NCBI GenBank assembly: GCA_043228905.1
Contig: JBHGNT010000002.1
Span: 11,966,001 to 12,030,000 of the forward strand
Length of the DNA stretch: 64,000 nt
DNA from: Azolla caroliniana
Taxonomy: Eukaryota; Plantae; Polypodiophyta
Reading direction: 5' to 3'
Shown piece after piece: positions 25,923 through 39,476 of the stretch. A model generated the notes under the pieces. It saw only the letters and a list, made by a program, of their open reading frames with translations, was not told the DNA's origin and did not search any database. Position 1 is the first letter of the stretch; every line of letters begins with the position of its first letter. Position numbers and translations under genes: made by a program.

Positions 25923-27845
25923 GTTTCAATGCCGATGGGGGTGGACCAAATGAAGTATTTAGTGCTAGCAAGAGAAGACCTAACTAACCAAGTAAAAGGG
26001 CGAGCCTTAGCAAACAAAACGACGGTGGGGGTGTGTAAATTCTTACTCGAAGATGTCATCTGCTGGTATGGATGTGTGGGAAAGATAGTGGCTGACAGAG
26101 GAGAGTTGAACGCTCATGAAGCTACATAGCTCTTTGAACGACTTCGAGTGAAGCTCTCTGTCACGACCGCTTATAACCTGGAGGCTAATTGAAAGATAGA
26201 ATGGACACGGGCCTATCATCAAAGCCATTGTAAGAGCTTGCGATGGGCAAATCGGGAACTGGCCTCTGTTACCACCTTATGCCTTGTGGGCCGACAGAAC
26301 AACTCACAACTCAGTTACAGGTTTCATGCTAGCTGAACTCATGTACGGACAAATGCCGATGATGCCCATTGAAGACACGATTGCATCATGGGTAGCAATG
26401 CCGTGGGAAAATGAGATGAGTCGAGAAGATCTTCTAGCAACAAGGATAGGGCAACTCGAGAGAAGACCTGAAGACTTGGAGTTGGCAAAGGAGAGATTAG
26501 AAGCGGCTAGGCTACATAACAAAGTCCGATTCGACAAGACACACCTACTATGCCCTTGAAAGATCGAAGAAGGAGACTGGGTGATTGTGTACGATAGCAA
26601 TATCAACAATCAACATTGCTCGATGTGGAAATTCGCAAAGTGATGGTACGGGTCGTACGTGGTAACAAGTGTAAACGATAATGCCACTTACCACCTTGCT
26701 GAACTTGATGGGACCAAGCTGGCAGTACCAATAACAGGGAAGCGGGTCAAAATCTTCAAAAAGTGGCATGATAGTGAGGCAAACCTCGATGACCCTGACG
26801 AAGATGAGGCGAGCAAACGACGAGACACGGGGTCAATGAGGAGGAAGAAATGGACTATTGACCACCCTCAACCCGCCATTCTTGGCACATACCGGAGGAT
26901 GTGCGGTTTGGTGGGGGTGGATGTTGTGATGTGGCGTGCCGACTGTGGGAAAAATGTGGTGAAAGGGTGTCAAAATGTGTATGTGCAATGTGTGTGCACA
27001 CAAAGTCAATTAATTGTGCACATGGAAAAGAAAAGGAAAAAGGAAGGGTGCAAAGGAGGTATAGAAACTCGTGTAAAATAGAGAGGACGGGTGAAAAGTA
27101 AGAGAGAGGGGAGATGAAAAAGTAGAGAGGAGACAAATTGTGGATTTGTTAATTAATAAGATCATGCTATGAATAATAGGGAGTTAATGAGCTAGTGGAT
27201 AGACCATTGACTCTTAGCTAAAGGTGCATGGTTGAAATCCGGTTTGACAATGTAGTGTGATTTAAGGAATTTTGTTCCTTTTGCATTGAAGAAGAATGTG
27301 GCGACCCCCCTCCCTTTTTTCCTATAAAAGGAGGTCAAGGGGGGTTCATTTGGGAGAGCGTTTTGGGAGGAGGAGACTATCGTCATTTTTCATTCGGAGC
27401 TCTTCATCTTCATCTTCACCATTTTTCTTCATCTCATACCCCTTCATTCCCTCATCGCCACATGCTCTTTTTCTTCGTGTTGGCAATCAAAGTGCTCGAG
27501 TCGTTTACGGTGCTCGTGAGCCCAAGCCTCATTGGTTCGGTGTTGCAAGCTCCCGTTCGTCATTGCAAACTCGTGTGCTCGCCGTTCGGATGGTCGTGGT
27601 TCGTTGGGGTCGGCATTTTTGTGGTGTGGTATGCTCGTCTTCTTCGTGTTCGTGCTCGGTGTTCGGATTTGCTCTTGTCTCTAAGGGCATTTAGTATTTA
27701 TGTTTTGTTGAGTTTGTGGTTAACTAGAAGTCGCCACATTGTAATCAAACCCTATTTTATAAAGGGCACTCTTGCATTGCAATTGAACTTACACATCTAC
27801 TTCTTTAGCCAATGTCATTTGTGTTTTCTTTCTTTAATTCTCGTC

Positions 27846-28770
27846 TCCTTGTACGTTCGACTGTCTTGTGCCGAGGGAGAGTTTCGGGCGTGCGCATGCA
27901 CCTCTCCTCCTCTTAAAGGCGTACGAGCATTTGTGTGTGTGTTTGTGTCTTCCTTGTATGTTCGTCCTTCTTGTGACGAGGGAGCGTTTGGGGCTTGCCC
28001 ATGCACCTCTCCTCCTCATAAAGGCGTACAAGCATTTGTGCGTGTGTTATGTGTCTTCCTTGTACGTTCGGCCGTCTTGTGACGAGGGAGCATTTCGAGC
28101 GTGCCCATGCACCTCTCCTCCTCATAAAGGCATACAAGAATTTGTGCGTGTGTTTGTCTCTTCCTTGTACGTTCGGCCGTCTTGTGACGAAGGAGTGTTT
28201 CGGGCGTGCCCATGCACCTCTCCTCCTCATAAAGGTATATGATCATTTGTGTGTGTGTTTGTGTCTTCCTTATACATTCAGCCATCTTATGACGACAGAG
28301 TGTTTCGGGCGTGCCCATGCACCTCTCCTCCTCGTAAAGGCATATGAGCATTCATGCGTGTGTTTTGTGTCTTCCTTGTACGTACGCCTTTGTGATGAGG
28401 GAGCATTCGGGCTTGCCCATGCACCTCTCCTCCTCATAAAGGCGTATGAGCGTTCGTGTGTATGTTTTGTGTCTTCCTTGTACGTTCGGCGTCTTGTGAC
28501 AAGGGAGCGTTCGGGCTTGCCCATGCACCTCTCCTCATAAAGGCGTATCGCCATTCGTGTTTGTGTTCTCGTCCCTTTCCTTGTATGTTTGAAGCATTGT
28601 GACGAGGGAGCGCTCGGGCGTGCCCATGCACCTCTCCTCCTCATAAAGACGTACGGGCGTTTGTGTTTGAATTCTCGCCCCTTTCCTTGTACGTTCGGCA
28701 TCTTGTGATGAGGGAGCATTCGGGCGTGCCCATGAACCTCTCATCCTCATAAAGACATACGTGCGTTCGT
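27846..28770. repeat. About 9 copies of a ~105-bp tandem repeat inside the long LTR
   Basis: Unit tccttgtacgttcg...gcccatgcacctctcctcctcataaagg starts at about 27846, 27951, 28057, 28162, 28267, 28373, 28476, 28578 and 28684. Confidence 0.92.
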
Positions 28771-29242
28771 GTCTGAGTTCTTGTCCCCTTGTGCGTTCAT
28801 TTTGCGTGCTCATCTTTGCTTGTACCCATTTGATCATTTGGCTCATGCGGTGATCTTGAAAACTCGATGAGTCGTGATCAATGAAAGCCATTGGCCCCAC
28901 AAAAGGGGCAACGAGCCCTTGCTCGGGAAGTAGTCTTGTCGTAAAGCAAACCTTGAGTCTTCTCTATCCCTTTGTACTCCCTAGTCCAAGACCCCCGTGG
29001 TCCCCCCCAAGTAACACACATGCACGAAACTTCGCGACATTGGTCGACCCAACTAATCGGTCGTGTCTTCGACTTGGATCACTTACTATACTGTCGACTC
29101 TTCATGTTGATTCTCTCTCAGTCGACTCTCCATGACATAGATTGTTCGCTCTCAGCCTGACCAGTCGGTTACTCGTTGTCTTCGACTGTCGGCTCTCGAT
29201 CTGACTAGTTGGTTCCTCCCATAGGAGGGATATATTCCTACA

Positions 29243-30072
29243 GGTTTAGTTAATGAGCATTCAAGTATTTGTCAGCCCTCAGTCAAGGATTGTATAAAAA
29301 ACTTCTCTCTAAGCACATTCTATGTACAAAGTTATTTTTCAAAATAGAGATTATTGTCTACTGACTCTGTCTCTCCCACTCTACCTCTGTGTTTAACTAA
29401 CTGTTTTGTTTCCGGACTACCGATTGTGTACTCTATGTTTCGCATAATACTTCTACACATATCTCTTTTCATGGTATCATAGCGCGAGGGTTGAGAATCC
29501 TCAACATCCGACATGAAAAGCGAACGACAACACATAAACAAACTTTTTTCCTCCAAACAACAAGAACATGGACAAAGCTATGAGTAGCTCGCTTCCAGCA
29601 AAAAAGCTCACGGATACTTGAGTTACTTCATACAAGATGCACCCGTATCTGCTTGGGCATGGATACTAGAGTTACGTCGAAGGAGCAAATGATGTATCCC
29701 TGGATTCTACACACAGAGACTTTTCGACCTGGGAGCAGGCGGCGAGCAGGGTGATGTATACCTTCACGTCTTCTGTGATTGACCAACTTTTGAGTTGCAT
29801 CTGGGATGCCAAGACGCCAAAAGAATTTCGTCTCAAACGGATTTTCGTCTCCAACACAATGGACAGGAATCTACAGTTTAGACAGGAGCTCATCAATGTC
29901 TACAGAAAGATCTGTCTATGGCCGATTATATTGCCCAAATCAAGGAGATCTGTGACTCCCTCTCCTTCGTCAACGTGACCGTTGAGGAGGACAAAAGGGT
30001 TTCGTTCTGCCTCGGTGGGCTAGTGTCTAAGTTTGGAACATTCCGAACAATGGTCTACACTAGGGAGAATAC
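29243..30072 (+). pseudogene. Copia partial LTR, PBS (tggtatcatagc at about 29472) and decayed gag
   Basis: Homologous to 23268-24245 and 36061-36830. Confidence 0.8.
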
Positions 30073-33000
30073 TGACGTGAAATGCGTGGATTAATCTCTG
30101 GCCACAACCGAAGCGTAGATCACTTGATGACAATAAAAAACACAAACGAAATGGGAATGGAGATAAGTCAACAAAACAGAAAAAGAATACACAGGATATT
30201 AACGTGGAAAACCCTGAGAGGGAAAAACCACGGGAGTCCACAGACTCCAAACTATCACTCTATAAAGTAATACAACAGGGAGCACAGAGGCAACGACCTT
30301 TTGCTCACAATCTTCGCCTAGCGGCGGTTACAACAGAGACATGCTCTGTATCGCTCTCTCTATCTCTCTCTCTGTACAGTCGTTACACCAATAACTCTAT
30401 CATCATGACTATTAAGTTTGCCCTAGGTCATATTTATACTAATATGACTTTCGGGCTATTTACAAATATAGCCCTAGTGGGCTCTCTAGGACAAATTTAC
30501 ATATATGTCCCTTCCATCCGATGAGAGGTTCTCACCGGGCCTGCAACATCCGGGTCTTCCTTGCCGGGTACTCGTCATCCGGTTCTCACCGGGTCTTCCT
30601 TGGTGGGCACTCATCATCCGGTTCTCGTTGGGTCTTCCGTTGCCGGGTACTCCACATCCGGTTCTCACCGGGTCTTCCGTTGCCGGGTACTCGTCATCCG
30701 GTTCTCACCGGGTCTTCCGTTGCCGAGTACTCGTCATCTGGATTCCCACTTCCCATCCGGTAGGGACCTGTTTCCTAACAAATTCCCCCTTCACTCCGGC
30801 ATGGGATGTCTTACTAGTCCAATCCGCTTCCGACATGCATCCAGTTTGTCGGGTATCAGTACTTTGGTCAGCATATCTGACCTGTTCTCGGCCGTGTGGA
30901 TCTTCGTCAGCGCAAACTCTTGATCTTCTACTCGCTCCCGGATCCAGTGATACCTACACTGGATGTGCTTCGTCTTGGAATGGTACGTTGCGTTGTCGCG
31001 AAGATGCGCGTGCGAGCGTGCTTCGCTTGAGCGGGACCACCGGGGTCTTGGACCAAGGAGGATGGCCGTCAAGGTATTGAGAAGAGGACGATGTGAATGT
31101 AAGATTGGAGGAAGACCTATTACACTTGAGAAGATTGAAGATTGTACACTTTCAGAAGTAGATAAATAATTACAAGATAGATGCGAAGAAGAAGAAATGG
31201 AAGCTTATATTATTGATGGTGATGATGATGGTCATATCATATTGAGCCCCCCCTTACACAAGCCGTACTAGGGGTTTTATAGGTTTGTCCATGCACAAAA
31301 ACCATGGGCTTGGAGCCATGGTTTCTGTGCACACAGTTTTGCTTTGTGACATGCAGGAAACCATGGGCTTAAAATCGTGGTTTTGTGTACACGGTTTTGT
31401 TCGTTTGTTTCCTACGGAATACTGAATATGAGAAAGAAATATAGAACATCTAAAGCACTTAGTAGTAGCTTTAGTGGTAAGGTAATTGCCTCTTACCTTA
31501 GAGGTGCAAGGTTCAAATCCTACTTGCAACCCTCTACATGCACTCAATGCCATTGTGACCTAGGTTTATTTATTTTCATTTTTACAAGTATTCGTGAAAT
31601 GTGTGTGGATCCTCAATTTTTGAGTTTTTCTCGCACTAGACATGCCACATCACGACAACGTTCTTAGCAAGGTGGATGGAACTTTGACTGTCGCAACAGA
31701 GCCAGTATTCATCTTGCCGGATACTGAGCTCTCCGATGAAGTCCTTCATCCATAATATTTCCTTGTCGGCTTCCACAACCGCCATGTACTCCGCCTCCGT
31801 GGTTGACAACGCAACCGTCTTCTGTAGCCTCGACTGCTACGAAATAGCTCCCCCTGCATATGTCATTACATACCCGAATGTAGACCGGCTGGTATCCACA
31901 TCAGCCGACATGTCCGAATCGGTAAAATCGTCAAGTTGAGGTTTACCGGAGCCGAATCGGAGACACATATTCAAAGTGCCCTTCAGGTACCGGAGTATCC
32001 ATTTTACCGCGTTCGAGTGCTCCTTGCCGGGATTGCTCATAAACCGGCTCACCACTCCGACTGCGTATCCAATATCCGGCCGAGTACACACCATTGCGTA
32101 CATCAAGCTCCCTACGGCAGAGGCATATGGAACCTTCATCATATCATCCTTCTCTGCTTTCGTCTTCGGGCTTTGCTTACCGGATAGTCTGCAGTTTGCT
32201 GGGAGTGTCGATCCGACAGGTTTTGCTTCTAACATGTTGAACCGTTGAAGCACCTTTGTCACGTATTTCTCCCGTGACAACTACAATTGCTTCTTTGACC
32301 GGTCCCGGATGATGTGCATCCCCAGTATCTGTCTTGCCGGGCCCAAGTCTTTCATTGCGAATGTTCGGTTTAGAGCCTTCTTCAATATCCGTATTTTGGC
32401 TTGGTCCCGTCCGACGATCAACATGTCGTCCACGTACAGAAGGATTATCAGGAAGTCGCCTGCTTCGAACTTCTTTACAAACACGCAGTGATCGGTTTCA
32501 TTTTGTGATACCCTTGGTCGGTCATGAAGGAGTCAAACTTCCGGTACGATTGTCAGGGAGCCTACTTCAGTCCATACAGGCTCTTCTTCAACCGGCAAAC
32601 CAGGTGTTCCTTCCCTTTCTCCACGAATCCTTCCGGTTGCTGCATGTAGATCTCCTCTTCGAGGTCATCGTGAAGAATGTCGTCTTCACGTCCAACTGCT
32701 CTACCTCAAGGTCCATGCTTGCCGCTATGCTCAACACCGTTCGGATGGAAGTCGTCTTTACTACCGGGGCAAATAGCTCGTCGAAGTCCACACCCTTCTT
32801 CTACTAGAACCCCTTCACCACGATCCTGGCTTTGTATCTCGGGGGTTTGCCGACATCTCCCAGTTTTAGCTTGTACACCCACTTATTTCGGAGTGCCCGC
32901 TTTTCTTTCGGCAACTCCACCAATTCGTACGTATGGTTCTCATGCAGGGAATCCATCTCATCCTGCATGGCACTTAACCATTTGCGGCTATTGGTGTCAT

Positions 33001-36000
33001 CCTTCGCTTCTTCGAAGCTTTCCGCCTCTCCCTCATCGGTCAGCAGCACATGCTCTACATCCGGAAATCTTCGGGGAGCCCTTCTCTCTTTGAGAGGATA
33101 TCTCCGTCTTTTGCCTTCGGCAACCGGCTCCACTATTTGTTCTTTATCCGAATCTGATTCGGGGTCTTGGCCGGTTCCGATTTTAGCTTCCTCTACTTTT
33201 TCCTCAACCGGTTCGGTATCCTCACCATAACCGGCTGGTTCCTCTAGTGTCAACCAGCTCTTAGCCAGGTGTGTCCGAATCTCATCGGAGTTCATTATCT
33301 TCTTCTCCGACTCCCAGTCAGCAAGAGTCTTGTCCTCCATGAAGATAATATCTCGGCTCCGGAAAGCCTTCTTGTCAACTGGATCCCACACTCGGTAGCC
33401 GAACTCATCATCATCGTATCTGAGGAATATGCATGGCCGGGTCTTTGGATCCAACTTTCCTCTCCGGTCCTTAGCAACATGCACGTACGCAAGACACCCG
33501 AACACCGTCAGATGCCAGTAGGACACTTCGTTACTAGTCCACACCTTCTGCGGTGTGTCTCCATCCAAGGGCACTGAGGGTGATCTGTTTATCACATACG
33601 TCTCTATCGACAGCGCCTCAGCCCAAAACGTCTTGGGTAGCTTAGCATGGGCTAGCATACTCCTGACCCTCTCCATTATGGTCTGGTTCATCCTCTCGGC
33701 TAGCCCGTTTAGTTCCGGCGTCTTCGGCATAGTAAATTCGAGCCGGATTCCCATCGAGCGGCCGTACTCCTCGAACTGCCCCCGATATTCAACTCCGTTA
33801 TCTGCGCGAACCACCTTTAGCTTCCGGCCGGTTTCTCTTTCCACTCTCACGTGGAGCTCTTTGAAGACAGATAGCACCCGATCCTTCGTCTTCAACAGTG
33901 TGGCCCACAGCTTCCGGCTGTGGTCATCTATGAACGTCACGAAGTACTGCGATCCGGCATGTGACTTCGTGTCCACTTGACATCAGTATGCACCAACTCC
34001 AGTGGTGCATTACGTTTCATCGGTGGCCTCTATTGGAAGGAGGTCCGGTTTTGTTTACCGGCCAGACAATCAGTGCACTTCTCCTAGTGCACGTTCTTCA
34101 CTGGAATGAGGTTTTCTTCTGCAAGCCTCTTCATCCCCTTCTCGCTCATGTGACACAACCTCTTGTGCCACAACTCATCGGCAGTGTCGGATGCCACGTT
34201 CACTTCTTCCGGGCATAACCGGGCATTCATCAGGTACAACGTGTTGACCTTTCTTTGCTGAACTTCATAACACCGTTCCGGATGCTACCCATGTAGCCTT
34301 CATCATCTAGCCGACTGGCTGATATCAAGTTCAGACGAACCTCTGAACGTGTCGGACATCCTTCAACAGCAGCTTGCATCCGGTTGGTGTTGTCAACCAC
34401 ATGTCTCCTATGCTGACAATTCGGCATGTACCTTCATTCCCCATCCGGACACAGCCGTGATCACGGGCTAAGTAGGATGAGAAGCATTTCCAGTCCGGGG
34501 TAAGGTGGAACGACGCTCCGCAGTCGACCACCCAGGTCATCTCGTCGTCGACAAGGTTTAGCTCACTCTCCTCGGTGATGAGCATCAACTCTTCTTCACT
34601 TGCCACGATTGCCGTCGTTCCCTTCCGGTTCGTTCCCCTCCGGTCTTTACCGTTCCAATCCGGTGTCCGCTTCGAATCGGTACCATTGGTTTCCTTGTCT
34701 TGTCGGAAGTGCCGACCATTCTTCTACAAGTGTCCCGACTTGCCGCAATAGAAGTAGGTAGGCCTCCCCCTGGACTTTGATCGTGTCCCCGACTTCTCCC
34801 GGTTCTGGGGACTACGGTTCCTTTGTCTTCCGCGTTCTGATTCGGTAATGAGCGCTTTGTAGTCGGAGTTCGTATCCTCGTCGTTCCGACGCGCCTCCTA
34901 ATCTAGCAAGCTCGACTTCACTCTTGCCAGGGATAACCGTTTCCCTTCCGGGCCGGCGTTGCCCAAAGTGACAACCAATGTCTCCCAGACATCTGGGAGG
35001 GAACCGAGTAGGAGTAATGCTAGTACCTCATTGGCGAGAGGTACTTCCAATGATGTTGCTTGGTGGATCAGCCCCTGGAAGGCATTCATGTGCTCCGCCA
35101 TGTTGGAGCCATCGTGGTACCGAAGTCTTACTAGCTTCCAAAATACCGAAACCTGATTAACAACATTTTTGTTCTAAAAAATAATGCCGATCTTCTCCTA
35201 GAGCTCATGAGCCTTGCTCTCTTCATTGAAGTCGTTGTATAGACTCATGTCGATGAAGCACCGTATGTACGTTGTTGTCTTCATGAGCATCACCTCCCAT
35301 ATCGTGGCATCGATTTTGTCCGGTCTCTTGTCCCTGAACTGAACCGGCAACCAAAGATCTTTAACCACGAGCATGTCCCTCATCTTCGACTTCCACACTG
35401 AATAGTTGGAGCCGGTGAGCTTGAACATGCCTCCCAACGAATCATCCATTTTTCTGTGTCGTTTCGCTCTGATACTAGTTTGACGTGAAATGCGTGGATT
35501 AATCTCCGGCCACAACCGAAGCGTAGATCACTTGATGACAATAAAAAACATAGACGAAATGGGAATGGAGATAAGTCGACAAAACAGAAAAAGAATACAC
35601 AGGATATTAACGTGGAAAACCCTAAGAGGGAAAAACCACGGGAGTCCACAGACTCCAAACTATCACTCTATAAAGTAATACAACAAGGAGCACAGAGGCA
35701 ACGACCTCTTACTCACAATCTTCGCCTAGCGGAGGTTACAACAGAGACATGCTCTGTATCGCTCTCTCTCTCTCTCTCTGTACAGTCGTTACACCAATAA
35801 CTCTATCTTCATGACTATTAAGTTTGCCCTAGGTCATATTTATACTAATATGACTTTCAGGCTATTTACAAATATAGCCCTAGTGGGCTCTCTGGGACAT
35901 ATTTACATATATGTCCCTTCCATCCGATGAGAGGTTCTCACCGGGCTTGCAACATCCGGTTCTCACCGGGTCTTCCTTGCCGGGTACTCGTCATCCGGTT

Positions 36001-36060
36001 CTCACTGGGTCTTCCTTGGCGGGCACTCGTCATCCGGTTCACCGGGTCTTCCGTTGCCAT
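30073..36060 (-). mobile_element. Decayed near-full-length Tnt1/Tork-like Ty1/Copia element
   Basis: 3' LTR 30073-30780, PPT 30781-30790, 5' LTR 35481 to about 36060 (truncated), iMet PBS 35466-35477; gag, protease (VVDCGASFH), integrase (FVTFIDD), RT (YVDD) and RH fragments. Confidence 0.93.
30994..31657 (-). mobile_element. Solo LTR related to the 23025/26922 Gypsy LTR family
   Basis: Ends tgtcgcgaag and catgccacatcacgaca are reverse complements of that family's termini; 4-bp near-TSD GCGT/ACGT; removal restores the host RH peptide AKNATYH. Confidence 0.82.
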
Positions 36061-38219
36061 CCGGCTCATTGAGTACAGATTGAGTATTAGTTTTGAATTA
36101 AGTTTTGTGTGTTTACTCTCTCTCGATCTCTCCCGTGCGTACAATGCAAACCTAAGCTTTCCATTAAACCTGCGTCTTCTGTTGTTCGGTTTTCCTATAT
36201 TGCTTCCACACGCTATTCTTTTCATGGTATCAGAGCGCGAGGGTTGAGAACCTCTGCAGCCGACTTTGCTTGAAGGAAAAAAACCAACGAAGAAAAACAA
36301 GAAAACCGATGGACAGAGGTATGGCTAGCTCGCTTCCAATGGAGAAGCTCGACAGAACCAACTACGCATCTTGGTCCTACAAGATGCACCAGTACCTGCT
36401 CGGACATGGTTACTAGAGCTATGTCGATGGAGCAAATGACACAGCACCCGATTCGACACACAAAGACTTCCCGGCTTGGAAACAATCGGTGAGCAGAGTG
36501 CTATACTGCTTTGCGTCTTGTGTGGGTGAACAGCTGCTAAGCTACGTTCGGGATGCAAAAACGCCGAAGGGTGCATGGGAAAATCTGAAGAAGATCTTCG
36601 CCGTGAGCACCACAGCCAGGAAGCTTCAGCTTTGACAGGAGCTGACCAACCTACGGCAACGCGATTTGTCGGTGGCTAACTATACCTCGAGGATTAAGGA
36701 CATATGCGACTCCTTAGCTTCCATCGATGTGAACATCGAGGAAAGCAAGATGGTTCAGGTTTGCCTCGGGGGTTTGGCGTCGAAGTTCGGGGCGTTCCGA
36801 ACTGTTGTGTGTACCCAGGAGAATACGCCGTCCTTTTTCGATTTATAATCGATGCCCCTGGTAGAGGAGAACCACGCGGGTGCGTCAACGAGCACGCACA
36901 CCGACAACAAGATGTTGTACACGGAGGGAGAAAGGCCCCGTGGTCGTGGCGGACGAGGCGAGTCGGTACGCTATGGAGGCGGCCGACGGGATCAAGGAAG
37001 AAGGCACCGCAGTGTTGCGAATAGTAATTCTAGACCCTCCGGAAACAGGGGGAGTCGAGGCGACGAGAACCGGCAAGGGAAATCCGCTGTAGAATGCTGG
37101 TACTGTGGCAAGAAAGGCCACAGGGAGAGCGAGTGCTGGAAGAAGCGCGCCGAGTCGGAGAGATCTGGCTCCGGACATACCGACAAAGGAAATCGGCAGC
37201 GATCGCACTACGCCGAAGGACCCGGAGAAAACGGAAAAGGGTCAGTCTTCGTTACGAGACACGAAGCAAACTCAATGAAGAAGTCCGCCCTAAGATCGGA
37301 TGAGGTGTGGTACGTCAACTCCGGCGCGTCAAATCACATGACGAGCCATAAGGAGTGGTTCTCGTACCTAGAGAAACCGATGCAACCAGGAGTACTCGCA
37401 ACCGGAGACGACACTCCACATCTGATCGCGAATGTCGGAGAAGTTCCCCTGAGCCAGGTCGGGCAGAAAGGGAAACTCATGAACGTGCTACACGTTTCGA
37501 CAATCACGAAGAACCTGGTGTCGGTCGGACAAATCGTCGACCAAGGGATGGAGGTCCGGTTTACACACCTCGGATGCTTCATTGAGGAAGAAGGCCGTAT
37601 TATTGCACAAGGGCGCAAAGAGGGGAGGATGTTTATCCTCGACTCTACTGACGGTGGCACCGCAATGTTCGCGAAGGGACAAAAAGTCGAGTCGGACATC
37701 GACTTATGGCACAAACGGATAGGCCACGTTAATTACCATCGGCTTCAAGACCTGCAATCGAAACAAGTGGTGTTCGGATTGCCCAAATTTAGTGGCCAGT
37801 GTTATTCGCTTAGCCGGACAAGGCCTAACACAAGGTGTCACGGAGACACTTCACCAAAGGGTGATTACGGCATAGGATTAAGATTCAACGATTACACCGA
37901 CTTACATGGGTTACACGATTAGATTGCTTTGGTTAATTACACGCGTAAGATATAACAGTGATTACAGAACGGAAATCAAGACAGAAGTATAAACATCAGA
38001 ATCTCTATTAATTATCCGCTGTCATTACAATGGGGTCCGGGCCTTTAAATAGGTTTCCGGCCCGTAGTACAAAACGGTGCCTCTCGCACCTATTCGGGAT
38101 CCGTCCGGATCTGGAACGGCATACCGTTTCCAGTCCGTCCGTCCACACTATGCTCATTTACAACCATCTAATTAATTCCTTCACTCCGTATTTTGGACTC
38201 CTTGCCGGCCGGTAACACA

Positions 38220-38276
38220 TGGCACGCCCGGTGGGACTCGAACCCACAATCCCTTGATTAGAAGTCAAATGCCTTA
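38220..38276 (-). pseudogene. 57-nt copy of the mature tRNA-Arg(UCU) 3' part including CCA
   Basis: Minus strand taaggcatttgactTCTaatcaagggattgtgggttcgagtcccaccgggcgtgCCA: anticodon arm, T arm, acceptor 3' strand. Confidence 0.92.
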
Positions 38277-39426
38277 CGAACTTCATCATGGGTCCAAAAG
38301 CATGTTGTGTGTATGTGTGTTCTTCCTTTAATTTTGTGTGAGTTGTCGTTGTTGATCACATCCATTTCTTTAGGTGGATGAGTTTTTACAATTTTGTCGG
38401 TGCCCTCAAGTTTATGAAATTTTAGGTTGCTACCCTTTGTTTTTGAAATATTATCAAATACCCTCATGTTTTAAAATTATGTTCCATACCCCTATCATTC
38501 TCTCTTGCCCTTTCTCTATTTTTCTTCCCGTCCTATCTTCTGCTTCAATTTCGTCTTTATCCATTCTTGTCTTCTTGTTTTTGTAATGCTCTGACTTCGT
38601 CTTTATCTCTAGGTTATTGTTGTGGTCCGTTATTGCACTCTCTCTAGTGCGCATCCCTCATCTTTTTCGTCTTCTTTCTGCTTTCGTTTCCCGCTTCTCT
38701 TCTTGTCGTCATTTCTCTCCTCTCTCCATCCTCTGTTCTGTGCCTTCTCTTCTTCTTCTATGTTCTCTTCCTGCTACATTCTCTTCTTCTTTTCTCTGTT
38801 TTCTTTCTATTTCTTCTGCGACCACCACTATTTCTTCTCGGTGTGTCCATTGTTTGTTCTACGTCTGTCCATTGTTCGCGAAGGGACAAAAAGTCGAGTC
38901 GGACATCGACTTATGGCACAAACGGATAGGCCACGTTAATTACCATCGGCTTCAAGACCTGCAATCGAAACAAGTGGTGTTCGGATTGCCCAAATTTAGT
39001 GGCCAGTGTTATTCGCTTAGCCGGACAAGGCCTAACACAAGGTGTCACGGAGACACTTCACCAAAGGGTGATTACGGCATAGGATTAAGATTCAACGATT
39101 ACACCGACTTACATGGGTTACACGATTAGATTGCTTTGGTTAATTACACGCGTAAGATATAACAGTGATTACAGAACGGAAATCAAGACAGAAGTATAAA
39201 CATCAGAATCTCTATTAATTATCCGCTGTCATTACAATGGGGTCCGGGCCTTTAAATAGGTTTCCGGCCCGTAGTACAAAACGGTGCCTCTCGCACCTAT
39301 TCGGGATCCGTCCGGATCTGGAACGGCATACCGTTTCCAGTCCGTCCGTCCACACTATGCTCATTTACAACCATCTAATTAATTCCTTCACTCCGTATTT
39401 TGGACTCCTTGCCGGCCGGTAACACA

Positions 39427-39443
39427 TGGCACGCCCGTGGGAC
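39427..39443 (+). promoter_or_regulatory. Inverted PBS complementary to the tRNA-Arg(UCU) 3' end, at the PPT position (copy at 53183-53199)
   Basis: LTR...aaca, ca, tggcacgcccgtgggac; equals the 18-nt canonical PBS with one G missing. Confidence 0.88.
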
Positions 39444-39476
39444 AGTACCTTGTACGTCGAACCCTTCTCGGCCCCT

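Larger units (their letters stand above)
23025..29039 (+). mobile_element. Deleted long-LTR Ty3/Gypsy element (5' LTR stub 23025-23267, RH/integrase remnant 24763-26860, 2.1-kb 3' LTR 26922-29039)
   Basis: tgtcgtgatgtggc and tgttgtgatgtggc LTR starts, ...cttcgcgaca end; peptides LRWIAYIK, WWPGMYKDVTHFVGTCESCQ, IVADRGE, YHLAELDG. Confidence 0.8.

Noticed and set aside
27846-28770. CRISPR-like array
   Set aside because: The units are contiguous tandem repeats without unique spacers, in a eukaryotic LTR context
23021-29044. TSD for the long-LTR Gypsy element
   Set aside because: The flanks ccac and ttgg do not match; the two ends may derive from different insertions joined by deletion
38220-38276. 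Functional tRNA-Arg gene or tRNA-gene-targeted insertion
   Set aside because: It lacks the 5' ~19 nt and the A box, includes CCA, and lies inside the TSD-bounded array
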